64,000 bases of DNA from positions 3,230-67,229 of the forward strand of contig JAQCGH010000003.1 of assembly GCA_027620015.1 (NCBI GenBank). The letters run 5' to 3'. The DNA is from Cyanobacteriota bacterium (GTDB taxonomy: Bacteria; Cyanobacteriota; Cyanobacteriia; PCC-6307; Cyanobiaceae). Of the stretch, positions 54,099 to 63,846 are shown piece after piece (position 1 is the first letter of the stretch; the number at the start of each line of letters is the position of its first letter). Position numbers and translations under genes: made by a program. The notes beneath the pieces were generated by a model that worked only from the letters and a program-made list of their open reading frames with translations, was not told the origin of the DNA and ran no database searches.

Positions 54099-54497
54099 GG
54101 GGTATGGGATGGGCCCAACGGGCCCCGCCAGGGATAAGACGATGGATGTGGACGGACTTAGAGCTTGAAATCTGGAGTAACCACACGGGGCCAGACCAGT
54201 CAGACATCAACAAGAAAAAGAGGAAGCAAAACTTGAGCTCTCAAGAGCCGAACAATTGATCTGAACGCCGGCAAATCCGGAACGTTCTGGCGTCGTTGCT
54301 GCAAAAAATACTGTTCTGAATCTGTCGCGCATCGAATGCCGCGAAGCAGCTTTCAAGAATTGAGCTTCTTAAAAGCGATGAGGCGAAAACTGGGACAGGA
54401 ATGTCCTGAGGGCGGTTAAACCAGCAAACCTGGCTACCAAGACCATTGGTACTCGGTAAATAAACCGTGCCCAATCAGCTATTCGTCTTGCTACAAA

Positions 54498-57149
54498 TTA
54501 GCACGGCCTAAGCACTAGGCCTTTACGCCGGAGGCCACTAAGGGCAAGGGATTGGCCCAGCCGTTCAGCGAGCCAGAACTGCACCTGCTCAGGGCGGAGA
54601 CTTCGGCCAGCAGCATCGATCGAAGCCCATAGGGTGCAAAGCAGAGAGCCATCAGACCGCGGCTCCGCCCATTGCAAATCAAGCAAAAATGGCCGGCAAT
54701 CCCGACTGCGGAGACGACCCTTTTTATCTGTGTCATTCCACGTGAGCGTTTCCGCGGCGATGAGGCTGGCTCGGGCCTGCTGCCACTGATCCAAGGTCGG
54801 TGGCACCCCTGCTTGGGACTGCAAAACAAACTGCCAATGGGCAGAAATCAATTCCTGGGAAAGGCTGACGCCAAAAACCTCAACCCGGATCGCCGAGAGC
54901 AGCTCAAAGCCAGTTGGAAGCTCGCACTGCAACCGGGAGCGCACCTGTTCTGGATCCACTTTTTCGGTGAACTCCAAATCCAGCCACTCGCCGCAGCCCT
55001 CTACCCCTAGGGGAAGCGGCAGTGCTAGCTGCAGGCGAGGCAGAGGATGAAAACCACCAGTGAAACTCACCGGCAAGCCTGAGCGGCGCAGGGCTCGCTC
55101 CAGCATCCGCAGGGTGTCTAAGTGGCTAATCAGCGCCAGCGAGCCAGTTTTGGCAAAGCCAATGCGGAGCCGTTCGACCCGGTCGCTTGCAGGGGCCCGC
55201 TGGGGAAGCGCCCCCGGAATGGCAGGCGGCGGAATCACCACGTTGTGGCCAAGCTCCGGACCGCACACGCCACAGCTGCTACAGCCTTCAAAGGAGCAAT
55301 CCGGCACCACGGTGGCTGCCAGGGCACGCTGCAGGTCCTCGGCCAGCCAGCGCTTATCTAGGCCGGAATCGATGTGGTCCCAGGGCAGGCTTTGTTGGCA
55401 AAAGCTTTCCAGATCAGCGATTTGCATTGCCTCCACCGCGCTCCAGGCGCCAAGCTCCAGCCGGCGGTAGCGGCCGCCTAGTCCAGCAGCCTCGATCGCA
55501 CTGGTCCAAGCGGCATAGCTGCGTTCGGCCGACTCAAACCATGCATCCAAGCCAGCCCCTGCCCGCCAGGCCGCCTCAATCACCGCAGAGAGGCGGCGGT
55601 CGCCGCGACCAACAAAGTCTTCCACCGCGGATAGACGCACATCGCTGAAATTAGTTTTGAGGCCCCGCAACTGGCGCAAGGCCCGGCGCAACAGCTCTTG
55701 ACGCCGTCGAAATTCATCGGTGCTGACGCTGTGCCACTGGAAGGGCGTATGAGGCTTAGGCGTGAAATTACTGATTGTGAGATTGAGCTCCAGCCGGCCG
55801 AGATCGGAGCACTGCGCTTGCAGGCCCTGACAGGTATCAGCAATTCCAAGCACATCGGAGTCGGTTTCGCCCGGCAGGCCGATCATGAAATAGAGCTTCA
55901 ACTTGCAATAGCCGTTCTCCATGGCCGTACGCACGCCGGCCAGTAGCTCAGCGTCGGTGAGCCCCTTATTAACGATGTCTCGCAGACGCTGGCTGCCGGC
56001 CTCCGGCGCAAAGGTGAGACCCGCCTTGCGGGTACCTCCCAAGATGTGAGCGATATTCTGATCAAAACGATCTACGCGCTGACTAGGCAGGGTGAGGCTG
56101 ACATTTTTGTCGGCCAGGCGATTGCGCAGCTCCACCCCCACAGCAGGCAGAGAAAGGTAATCAGAGCAGCTCAGCGAAAGCAGCGAGAAATCGCTGTACC
56201 CGGTGCGGCCCATGCCCTCCTCAACGGCCTCTATGACCGCTTCTGGCTCCACATCACGGGCAGGGCGGGTGAGCATCCCTGGCTGACAGAAGCGACAGCC
56301 ACGGGTGCAGCCCCGGCGAATCTCCACTGTGAGCCGGTCATGCACGGTTTCGATATGGGGTACCAACCCCATGGCGTAGTGGGGCATCGGTGTGGCCGTT
56401 CGCCGCTGAACCCGAGCAGGGGCTCCTGGTTCGAGCGGCTCGATACTCACCCCATCGACACCTGGGGCATACAAGGAGGGCACGTACACGCCAGGCACAT
56501 GTGCCAGATCACGCAGGAGGGCTCGGCGCGTGTAGCCGGCAGCGCGAGCCTCAGCCACCACCAGACCGATCTCCGGCAGCAGCTCCTCGCCATCGCCCAG
56601 GGCGATGAAGTCAAAGAAAGCGGCGAAGGGCTCCGGGTTGCTTGTGGCGGTGGGGCCGCCGGCAAAGATCAGCGGTGGCGAATCCGGGTGAGCTAAGGGC
56701 AGGTCGCCCCGATCATTAGCCCGAATTGGAATACCTGCTAGCTCCAGCATTTCGAGGATGTTGGTGCCGCCCAGTTCGTAGCTGAGTGAGAAGCCCAAGA
56801 TGTCGAAGGCGGCTAGGGGCCGCCGGCTCTCGACCGCAAATAGGGGCGCGCCGCGCTCGCGCAGGCGGGCCGCCAGATCAGGGGCCGGCAGGTAGCTGCG
56901 ATCGCACAGCTGGCCGGGAACAGTATTCAGAATCGAATAGAGAATTATGTGGCCGCTGTTGCTTGCCCCCACCTCATAGACCTCGGGGTAGGTGAGCGCC
57001 CAGCGCACTCCAGCACCTTGCCAGTCGGTCTCCCAATCGCGAGGTTTCACCCCCAGCTCATTGCCTAAGTAGCGGGCGGGCTTGCTAATGCCTAGATCAA
57101 TCAGGGCGTCGAAGTCGACCGGCGCATCAGCCGAGGTGGCAACGGTCAT
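54498..57149 (-). CDS. TIGR03960 B12-binding radical SAM fused to TIGR03936 (DUF2344) domain
   Basis: KPARYLGNE N-terminus, GCTRGCRFCQ, then ISHLD..R..ERALRRSGLP..F..GFHP.PR; ATG at 57149. Confidence 0.9.
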   Translation of the reverse strand: MTVATSADAPVDFDALIDLGISKPARYLGNELGVKPRDWETDWQGAGVRWALTYPEVYEVGASNSGHIILYSILNTVPGQLCDRSYLPAPDLAARLRERGAPLFAVESRRPLAAFDILGFSLSYELGGTNILEMLELAGIPIRANDRGDLPLAHPDSPPLIFAGGPTATSNPEPFAAFFDFIALGDGEELLPEIGLVVAEARAAGYTRRALLRDLAHVPGVYVPSLYAPGVDGVSIEPLEPGAPARVQRRTATPMPHYAMGLVPHIETVHDRLTVEIRRGCTRGCRFCQPGMLTRPARDVEPEAVIEAVEEGMGRTGYSDFSLLSLSCSDYLSLPAVGVELRNRLADKNVSLTLPSQRVDRFDQNIAHILGGTRKAGLTFAPEAGSQRLRDIVNKGLTDAELLAGVRTAMENGYCKLKLYFMIGLPGETDSDVLGIADTCQGLQAQCSDLGRLELNLTISNFTPKPHTPFQWHSVSTDEFRRRQELLRRALRQLRGLKTNFSDVRLSAVEDFVGRGDRRLSAVIEAAWRAGAGLDAWFESAERSYAAWTSAIEAAGLGGRYRRLELGAWSAVEAMQIADLESFCQQSLPWDHIDSGLDKRWLAEDLQRALAATVVPDCSFEGCSSCGVCGPELGHNVVIPPPAIPGALPQRAPASDRVERLRIGFAKTGSLALISHLDTLRMLERALRRSGLPVSFTGGFHPLPRLQLALPLPLGVEGCGEWLDLEFTEKVDPEQVRSRLQCELPTGFELLSAIRVEVFGVSLSQELISAHWQFVLQSQAGVPPTLDQWQQARASLIAAETLTWNDTDKKGRLRSRDCRPFLLDLQWAEPRSDGSLLCTLWASIDAAGRSLRPEQVQFWLAERLGQSLALSGLRRKGLVLRPC

Positions 57150-57246
57150 GGGCACGGCAGCTGAAAGCTGAGTTGATCGTATGCAGCGCCCGCCGCCATA
57201 GGACAATCCGGCGAGTTCTAATGGGCCATTGCGGCTCGCGCTTGCT

Positions 57247-58473
57247 ATGGCTCAGGTCAACGGCAACTACCTCAAGCTCAAGGCTGGCTACCTGTTCCCA
57301 GAGATTGCCAGGCGCGTAAAGGCTTTCTGTGACGCCAATCCCGAGGCGCCGATCATCCGCCTAGGCATCGGCGACGTCACCGAGCCGCTACCAGAAGCCT
57401 GCCGCAACGCCATGAAAGCGGCCATCGATGAGATGGGAAGCCGCGAGGGTTTCCATGGCTACGGCCCCGAGCAGGGCTACCCATGGCTGCGGGAAGCAAT
57501 CGCCAAAAACGATTTTCAATCCCGCGGCTGTCAGATAACGGCCGAAGAAATCTTCGTCTCAGACGGCTCTAAGTGCGACAGCAGCAACATTCTCGACATC
57601 CTCGGCGAAGGCAACCGCATCGCGGTGACAGACCCTGTCTACCCGGTTTATGTGGACAGCAATGTAATGGCGGGCCGCACCGGCGACGCTGACGAAGTTG
57701 GGCGCTACGGCGGACTCACCTACCTGCCGATCACCGCAGCCAACTCCTTCACAGCCGAGATCCCCACGGAAAAGGTGGATCTGATTTATCTGTGCTTTCC
57801 AAATAACCCTACGGGCGCTGTAGCAACCAAGTCGCAACTGCAGGGCTGGGTCGATTATGCCCGCGCCAACGATGCCCTAATCCTGTTTGACGCCGCCTAC
57901 GAAGCCTTCATCCAGGACCCTGAGCTGCCCCACTCGATTTACGAAATCTCAGGCGCCCGCGAGTGCGCCATTGAGTTTCGCTCCTTTTCCAAGAACGCCG
58001 GCTTCACCGGAACTCGTTGCGCTCTCACTGTGGTGCCCCGCGGCCTTATGGGCACAGCTGCCAATGGCGAGAAGGTGGAGCTCTGGGCCCTGTGGAACAG
58101 GCGCCAGTGCACCAAATTTAACGGCGTCAGCTACATCGTCCAGCGCGGCGCCGAGGCGGTGTATTCGCTCGAAGGCCAGGGACAAGTAAAGGCTCTGGTG
58201 GCCTTTTACATGCAAAACGCGGCCATCATCCGCCGCGAGCTCACGGCCGCCGGAATCGAGGTTTTTGGCGGCGAACAAGCCCCCTACGTGTGGCTTAAAA
58301 CTCCCAAAAACTTTGATTCCTGGGCCTTCTTCGACCACTTGCTTGGCAACGCCCACGTGGTGGGCACCCCCGGCAGCGGCTTCGGCGCCGCAGGCGAGGG
58401 CTACTTCCGCCTCTCGGCCTTCAACAGCCTTGCCAACGTGGATGAAGCAATGCGGCGCATCCGGGCCCTTTAA
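57247..58473 (+). CDS. dapL: LL-diaminopimelate aminotransferase
   Basis: [40 protein letters not shown]. Confidence 0.96.
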   Translation: MAQVNGNYLKLKAGYLFPEIARRVKAFCDANPEAPIIRLGIGDVTEPLPEACRNAMKAAIDEMGSREGFHGYGPEQGYPWLREAIAKNDFQSRGCQITAEEIFVSDGSKCDSSNILDILGEGNRIAVTDPVYPVYVDSNVMAGRTGDADEVGRYGGLTYLPITAANSFTAEIPTEKVDLIYLCFPNNPTGAVATKSQLQGWVDYARANDALILFDAAYEAFIQDPELPHSIYEISGARECAIEFRSFSKNAGFTGTRCALTVVPRGLMGTAANGEKVELWALWNRRQCTKFNGVSYIVQRGAEAVYSLEGQGQVKALVAFYMQNAAIIRRELTAAGIEVFGGEQAPYVWLKTPKNFDSWAFFDHLLGNAHVVGTPGSGFGAAGEGYFRLSAFNSLANVDEAMRRIRAL

Positions 58474-58487
58474 TAGGGCAAAACGTC

Positions 58488-58829
58488 ATGACTATTGCCA
58501 TGACTCCTATGCCAATCGCCACCCAGAGTCCCGGCCGCGAAAGCGGTGGGGCAGCCGTGATGGAGAAGGCTCCGGAGCGGGTGCGCAAGCCCTCACCACG
58601 CTACAAAGTGCTGCTGCACAACGATCCCGTCAACTCGATGGAATACGTGGTGACCACCCTGCGCCAAGTGGTGCCCTCGCTCAGTGAGCAGGACGCCATT
58701 GCCGTAATGCTGGAAGCCCACAACTCCGGTGTAGGGCTGGTGATCGTCTGCGATCTAGAACCAGCTGAGTTTTATTGCGAAACTCTTAAGGGCAAGGGCC
58801 TGAGCAGCAGCCTCGAGCCCGAAAGCTGA
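58488..58829 (+). CDS. clpS: ClpS N-degron adaptor
   Basis: YKVLLHNDPVNSMEYV...MLEAHNSG. Start uncertain. Confidence 0.93.
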   Translation: MTIAMTPMPIATQSPGRESGGAAVMEKAPERVRKPSPRYKVLLHNDPVNSMEYVVTTLRQVVPSLSEQDAIAVMLEAHNSGVGLVIVCDLEPAEFYCETLKGKGLSSSLEPES

Positions 58830-58858
58830 CGAAGCCTCCTGCTGCGGCCAACACGGCA

Positions 58859-59680
58859 ATGTGGCCGCAACTGTGGGGCACATTGCTTTATGTGCCCTTG
58901 CTCTACTTAATGGGTTGGCTGATGGCAAGGCCTCTTGCCCTGCTATTCCCCAATTGGCGCTCCGACCAGGTGGATCTGGCGGGACTGGTGCTGGCCTTGT
59001 TTTTGTTGCTAACCACCCTGCCTCTCAGGCTGAGACGGGTTTGGCTAGAGCCCAATCCCTGGCAGCGCCTGGGATTGGCTGTGCCAGGTGCACTGGCCCT
59101 ACGCAGCGGAGCGCGGGGGCTGCTCAAGGCTCTGATGTTGTTGGGCCTAGTAGCCATGGGCTTAACGCTGACGGGCCAAGCCCAATGGCTAGGGGAGATC
59201 AATGGAGCCCTGCTGCTCAACGGCCTGCTGCTACTGGCGGGGGTGGGATTTGCCGAAGAGCTGCTATTTCGCGGCTGGCTATGGGGTGAGCTTGAGCTGC
59301 AATTAGGCCCCCGCAAAGCACTGCTTCTGCAATCCCTGATCTTTGCCCTGCTGCACCCCTGGTATCGAGCCCCAGGACTCGAGGCTTTGGGGCAGCTGGG
59401 TGGCCTAATTCTTTTGGGTCTAGTGCTGGCCCTGCAGCGGCGAGCCGACGCAGGCTCCCTGTGGGGAGCAATAGGCCTGCATGGGGGCCTGGTGGGGGGT
59501 TGGTTCCTAGTGCAAAAGGGGCTGCTGCAGATTTCCCCCGCTGCTCCCGCCTGGATGGTGGGCCCTGGTGGCGCTGACACCAACCCGATCGGCGGACTGC
59601 TTGGCTGGATAGGCCTAGGAGCCCTGCTCTGGATTCGCCGCCGCTGGTGGAGAAAAGACGGAGCTAGCGGGTCGCCGTAG
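58859..59680 (+). CDS. CPBP (Abi/CAAX) intramembrane metalloprotease
   Basis: EELLFRG, FALLH and GLHG motifs with multiple TM segments. Confidence 0.9.
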   Translation: MWPQLWGTLLYVPLLYLMGWLMARPLALLFPNWRSDQVDLAGLVLALFLLLTTLPLRLRRVWLEPNPWQRLGLAVPGALALRSGARGLLKALMLLGLVAMGLTLTGQAQWLGEINGALLLNGLLLLAGVGFAEELLFRGWLWGELELQLGPRKALLLQSLIFALLHPWYRAPGLEALGQLGGLILLGLVLALQRRADAGSLWGAIGLHGGLVGGWFLVQKGLLQISPAAPAWMVGPGGADTNPIGGLLGWIGLGALLWIRRRWWRKDGASGSP

Positions 59681-61250
59681 CTAGGGCCCTACGGCCTTCC
59701 ACTGGAGCGTGCAGCGCCTCTTCCAGTGGTGCGAGACCGTAATCACGCTCAAGCAGGTCCATCACCGTGCGCCCGAAATCACCAGGGTTTCGCTCGAAGG
59801 CCTCTAAGCAGATGCGGCCGAAGGTGCTGCCCATGGGCTCAGGATTCCAGAGCAGCTGGCGAGCAGTCCAAGGCAACATGCTCATTGGGTTGTAGCCAGG
59901 CTTGATTAGGCCCTGATCAAAGCCGTACTGCTCCAAGTGGGTGTGGGGCTGCAGGCCGATGAAAAAGATCGCTGGCTCGACTTTGTCGGCACCGAAGATG
60001 CGCTCCAGCTCGCGGTGATAGGCCACGGTCTGACGGATCGTCTCGGGACGCTCATCGATCACATTGAACGAGTAATTAACAGACACGTGCTCGCGGAAAC
60101 CCGCCAGGGCCAACAAGCGGCAGTTTTCGAGCACAGTTCTCAGGTTGTAGCCCATGCGCATTTTGCGCACGAGCTCCTGCGAGCCCGAGGTGATGCCGAT
60201 CTCGAAGTAATCCATGCCGGTCGCCACCATCAGCTCCGCCAGCTCAGCGTCGAGATTGTCAGCGCGGATGTAAGCAGCCCAACGGATATCGCTCCAGCCC
60301 TGGGCTTGAATCGCCCGCAACAACTGCTTCGCATCGTCGATATAGCGCCGGGCCGGGATGAACTGGGCATCGGTGAACCAAAACCCCCGCACGCCCTTTG
60401 CGTAGAGCTGGCCCATCTCAGCAATCACCTCCTCAACAGGATTGACGCGCACCGACTTGCCCTCCACCACGGTGTAGATGCAGTAGCAGCAGTTGTGAGG
60501 ACAGCCGCGCTTGGTCTGCACGCCCACGTAGAAGTCGCCTCCGTCGAGATACCAATCGAGCTGGGGCCAGATCTGGGCGATGTAGTCGTAGTTGCAGGCT
60601 GTTTTATCCATGCCCGAGGGCTGCTCATGGATCAGCCCTAGCCGGGGGGCCTCACCCGCCAAAAAGCAGCGTTCCGCTGCCAGGGATTCACCGCGGATCA
60701 GCTTCTCCAGGAGCTGCTCCCCTTCCCCCACAGACACCACGGTGCCCTTAGGAAGCTTGCGGCCCAACTGCTCATAAAACACACTCACCGCTCCCCCCCC
60801 GAGCACAGCGTTGGCCTGCGGCTCGAAGCGGCGGGCCCGGCGCAGGCCGCGGCGCACCAGCCTCAGATTGCGCCACAGCTCAGCGTAGAAAGAAACCATC
60901 AGCCCCAGGCCACCCAAAGCGCCGCGCAGGCGTCGCAGAGGGTTGCGGGCATAAAACACCTCAAAGGAGTTTTGCAGGGGATTGCCGCCACGCCCATCTA
61001 CGGGCGCGTAAATCTGAATGTCGCGCCAGGAGAACACAATCAGGGTGGGCCTAAATACTTCCACTGCCTGCAGCAATACCTGCTCCACATCAAGTAGAGG
61101 CACTGCCGCCAAATCAAGGATCTGTTGAGGCAGCTGCGGAAACTGCTTATGCAGGTGATCAGCCAGGTAGATCGGGCCGATCGGAAAAATTGGATTGCAG
61201 GGCAGCCGCACCAGCAATACTCGTTGGTCGCTCGTGGCGATCACGGCCAT
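59664..61250 (-). CDS. B12-binding radical SAM protein, Slr0320-like (PSII high-light acclimation)
   Basis: RLPCNPIFPIGPIYLADH, SWRDIQIYAP, KRGCPHNCCYC. Confidence 0.85.
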   Translation of the reverse strand: MAVIATSDQRVLLVRLPCNPIFPIGPIYLADHLHKQFPQLPQQILDLAAVPLLDVEQVLLQAVEVFRPTLIVFSWRDIQIYAPVDGRGGNPLQNSFEVFYARNPLRRLRGALGGLGLMVSFYAELWRNLRLVRRGLRRARRFEPQANAVLGGGAVSVFYEQLGRKLPKGTVVSVGEGEQLLEKLIRGESLAAERCFLAGEAPRLGLIHEQPSGMDKTACNYDYIAQIWPQLDWYLDGGDFYVGVQTKRGCPHNCCYCIYTVVEGKSVRVNPVEEVIAEMGQLYAKGVRGFWFTDAQFIPARRYIDDAKQLLRAIQAQGWSDIRWAAYIRADNLDAELAELMVATGMDYFEIGITSGSQELVRKMRMGYNLRTVLENCRLLALAGFREHVSVNYSFNVIDERPETIRQTVAYHRELERIFGADKVEPAIFFIGLQPHTHLEQYGFDQGLIKPGYNPMSMLPWTARQLLWNPEPMGSTFGRICLEAFERNPGDFGRTVMDLLERDYGLAPLEEALHAPVEGRRALATATR

Positions 61251-61430
61251 GAACCCTGAGTCCGTAACAGCTGGACGCTAACAACCTTGATTAGTCACAG
61301 AGAGTCAACCTCCACACAACTAGCTGCGGTTGGTGGAGACCCCCAGCTATCGCTGCCGGGAAGATCAGCTGGCCTGATCAGAGCCATCAGCTTCTCTGCT
61401 GGCCAATAGCGCAGCGGATATGGTCTCCAA

Positions 61431-61450
61431 GTGTGAAGCCGTGTTAAGTT
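61431..61450 (+). promoter_or_regulatory. psbA promoter: TAAGTT -10 overlapped by an HLR1-like (RpaB) direct repeat
   Basis: -10-like TAAGTT at 61445-61450. The minus strand reads cTTAACAc-gg-cTTCACAc, a 10-bp-period repeat resembling HLR1. Confidence 0.4.
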
Positions 61451-61544
61451 GAGATGAGCGAGCGGATTACCGCTCTGCATCTACCTACTACTCCCTGCCT
61501 GCGCCCTTGGGCTTAATCAGGTGAGTCCTTCCCCAAACGTTCTC

Positions 61545-62624
61545 ATGACAACCACTATTCAGCAGCGCCAAGGCGCTTCTGCATGGAACCAGTTTTGCGA
61601 CTGGGTCACCTCCACCAACAACCGCCTTTATGTGGGCTGGTTTGGCGTGCTGATGATCCCAACCCTTCTGGCTGCCACCATTTGCTTCATCGTGGCCTTC
61701 ATTGCCGCACCTCCTGTCGACATCGACGGCATCCGTGAGCCTGTAGCTGGCTCCTTGATGTACGGAAACAACATCATCTCTGGTGCTGTTGTGCCTTCTA
61801 GCAACGCCATCGGCTTGCACTTCTACCCAATCTGGGAAGCCGCCAGCCTCGATGAGTGGCTCTACAACGGTGGTCCTTTCCAACTGGTGATCTTCCACTT
61901 CCTTATCGGCATCTACGCCTATATGGGACGCGAGTGGGAACTTTCCTACCGCTTGGGCATGCGCCCCTGGATCTGCGTTGCCTACAGCGCACCAGTAGCT
62001 GCAGCATCTGCTGTGTTCTTGGTCTATCCCTTCGGTCAAGGTTCTTTCTCAGACGCCATGCCCCTAGGCATCAGCGGCACCTTCAACTACATGCTTGTGT
62101 TCCAAGCCGAGCACAACATCCTGATGCACCCCTTCCACATGCTGGGAGTAGCTGGTGTATTCGGTGGCAGCTTGTTCTCTGCCATGCACGGTTCACTCGT
62201 TACCTCTTCACTAGTTCGTGAAACCACCGAGAGCGAGAGCCAGAACTACGGCTATAAGTTTGGTCAAGAGGAAGAGACCTACAACATCGTGGCTGCTCAC
62301 GGCTACTTCGGTCGCCTGATCTTCCAATACGCCTCTTTCAACAACAGCCGCAGCCTTCACTTCTTCCTAGCTGCCTGGCCCGTAGTTGGCATCTGGTTCA
62401 CTGCCCTAGGCGTGAGCACGATGGCCTTCAACCTGAACGGTTTCAACTTCAACCAGTCGATCCTTGACGGCCAAGGCCGTGTGGTGAACACCTGGGCAGA
62501 CGTGCTGAACCGCGCTGGTCTGGGTATGGAAGTAATGCACGAGCGCAACGCTCACAACTTCCCGCTTGACCTAGCTGCTGCTACTGCTACACCTGTGGCA
62601 CTAACCGCACCTGCAATCGGTTGA
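61545..62624 (+). CDS. psbA: Photosystem II D1 protein (Glu130 form, 359 aa)
   Basis: [14 protein letters not shown]...[10 protein letters not shown]...[13 protein letters not shown] plus a 15-aa C-terminal extension. Confidence 0.99.
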   Translation: MTTTIQQRQGASAWNQFCDWVTSTNNRLYVGWFGVLMIPTLLAATICFIVAFIAAPPVDIDGIREPVAGSLMYGNNIISGAVVPSSNAIGLHFYPIWEAASLDEWLYNGGPFQLVIFHFLIGIYAYMGREWELSYRLGMRPWICVAYSAPVAAASAVFLVYPFGQGSFSDAMPLGISGTFNYMLVFQAEHNILMHPFHMLGVAGVFGGSLFSAMHGSLVTSSLVRETTESESQNYGYKFGQEEETYNIVAAHGYFGRLIFQYASFNNSRSLHFFLAAWPVVGIWFTALGVSTMAFNLNGFNFNQSILDGQGRVVNTWADVLNRAGLGMEVMHERNAHNFPLDLAAATATPVALTAPAIG

Positions 62625-62665
62625 TAACTAAAAACTCAGCTTTAGCTGAGTAATAACGGAATCCC

Positions 62666-62695
62666 AAAAGCTCCCTATCAATAGGGAGCTTTTTT
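62666..62695. terminator. Bidirectional terminator between psbA and the type III PKS
   Basis: AAAAGCTCCCTAT-CA-ATAGGGAGCTTTT, with an A-tract upstream and a T-tract downstream. Confidence 0.85.
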
Positions 62696-62772
62696 ATTTG
62701 CTATACCGTTTTGCTTATTAAGACACTAGTTTGGTGGGATCAGCAGAGAAACCAAAATGTTATGAGCCGCAA

Positions 62773-63840
62773 TCAGATTGGTTCTTGCACCATGAGCAAC
62801 GCTGCTTCCACTGTCAGACCAGGACCGAATCCCAAAGCCAGGCATGGGCCATGGCTGGCTGAGGTTCGCAGCCGCTCCAGGATGAACAAAATTGTTGCCG
62901 ACGACATATTGCCAAACTTGTTTAATACCTCAGTTGAAAGATCAATTTGAACAGGTTGCAACCCGGCGCTTTCTATTACCGCCCTAAGGATTCGAGGGCC
63001 GCCTGGATGAATTGCCCAGGTTTCTATTCCTGACAATGTCATCCCCAATCCAGCTAGCCAGTGCACAAGCCAAGGTCGCAGTTGGGAGGCGATCAGACTG
63101 GGAACTTTGGATGAAAGAACCATTGAAAAACCATGATCTTCAATGATCCAGCTCATAAGTTCTTTGGTGCCTGGTAGCACCGTTGAGGCTGAGGCGACTA
63201 GCTGCAAGCCAGTTTTATTGGTTGATTTCACACGAGAACTACTGGCAGCTGCCGCCACCACCGCTCCAGCACCATCAGCGAATAGGGCATTAGCCACGAT
63301 GTGGTCGGGATTCCAACCCTCTTGCAAGTGAAGGCTGCATAGCTCCACGGCACAGAGCAGAACGCAGGCAGTGGGATCAGCCTCCACAAAGGCTTGCGCC
63401 ACCCGCAACCCGTTGAATGCCCCGTGGCAACCCATAAAGCCCACATGAGTTCGGGCTACACCCATGGCTAGTGGCAGGTGGTCGATTAGGGCAAGATCGA
63501 AGCCAGGGGCGCCGAAGCCTGTGCACGAAATGGTGATCAGGTGGGTGATCGCGCTTGCTTCCATGCCGGCATCCTTCAGCGCTAGACGGGATGCTTCGAG
63601 GGCTAGCTCCAGCGCTGCCGGTTGATAGCGCCTCATCCGCTCAGCCGTTGAAGGGTTGTTGGAGTCAGGCAGGGGAATGCAGTGTCGGTGACTCACCCCT
63701 GAGCGTTGATAGATCCTCTGCAGCAGGCGTTGTTGGCGCGCACTTGCGTTAATCATTTGCGGTGCAAGAGCCAGTGCTTCTCGCTGGCTAATGCGCCTCT
63801 GCGGCACCGCAGTGCCAAGACCAATCAAGGACAAGGGCAT
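62773..63840 (-). CDS. Type III polyketide synthase (chalcone/stilbene synthase-like)
   Basis: Catalytic triad Cys138 (GFMGCHG), His278 (WAIHPGG) and Asn311 (FGNMSS); also LFADGAGA and GFGPGL. Confidence 0.95.
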   Translation of the reverse strand: MPLSLIGLGTAVPQRRISQREALALAPQMINASARQQRLLQRIYQRSGVSHRHCIPLPDSNNPSTAERMRRYQPAALELALEASRLALKDAGMEASAITHLITISCTGFGAPGFDLALIDHLPLAMGVARTHVGFMGCHGAFNGLRVAQAFVEADPTACVLLCAVELCSLHLQEGWNPDHIVANALFADGAGAVVAAAASSSRVKSTNKTGLQLVASASTVLPGTKELMSWIIEDHGFSMVLSSKVPSLIASQLRPWLVHWLAGLGMTLSGIETWAIHPGGPRILRAVIESAGLQPVQIDLSTEVLNKFGNMSSATILFILERLRTSASHGPCLALGFGPGLTVEAALLMVQEPI

Positions 63841-63846
63841 TATCGA

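Noticed and set aside
18281-56905. HIP1 octamer GCGATCGC at 18281, 21360, 50427 and 56898
   Set aside because: About four copies noticed by eye in 64 kb, near the roughly two expected by chance at this GC. There is no HIP1 enrichment, which fits picocyanobacteria.
61295-61480. 61-aa ORF between the radical SAM gene and psbA; also a cobalamin-riboswitch-like CCGGGAAG fragment
   Set aside because: The ORF overlaps the psbA promoter and UTR and has no recognisable family. The riboswitch fragment lacks the other conserved elements.
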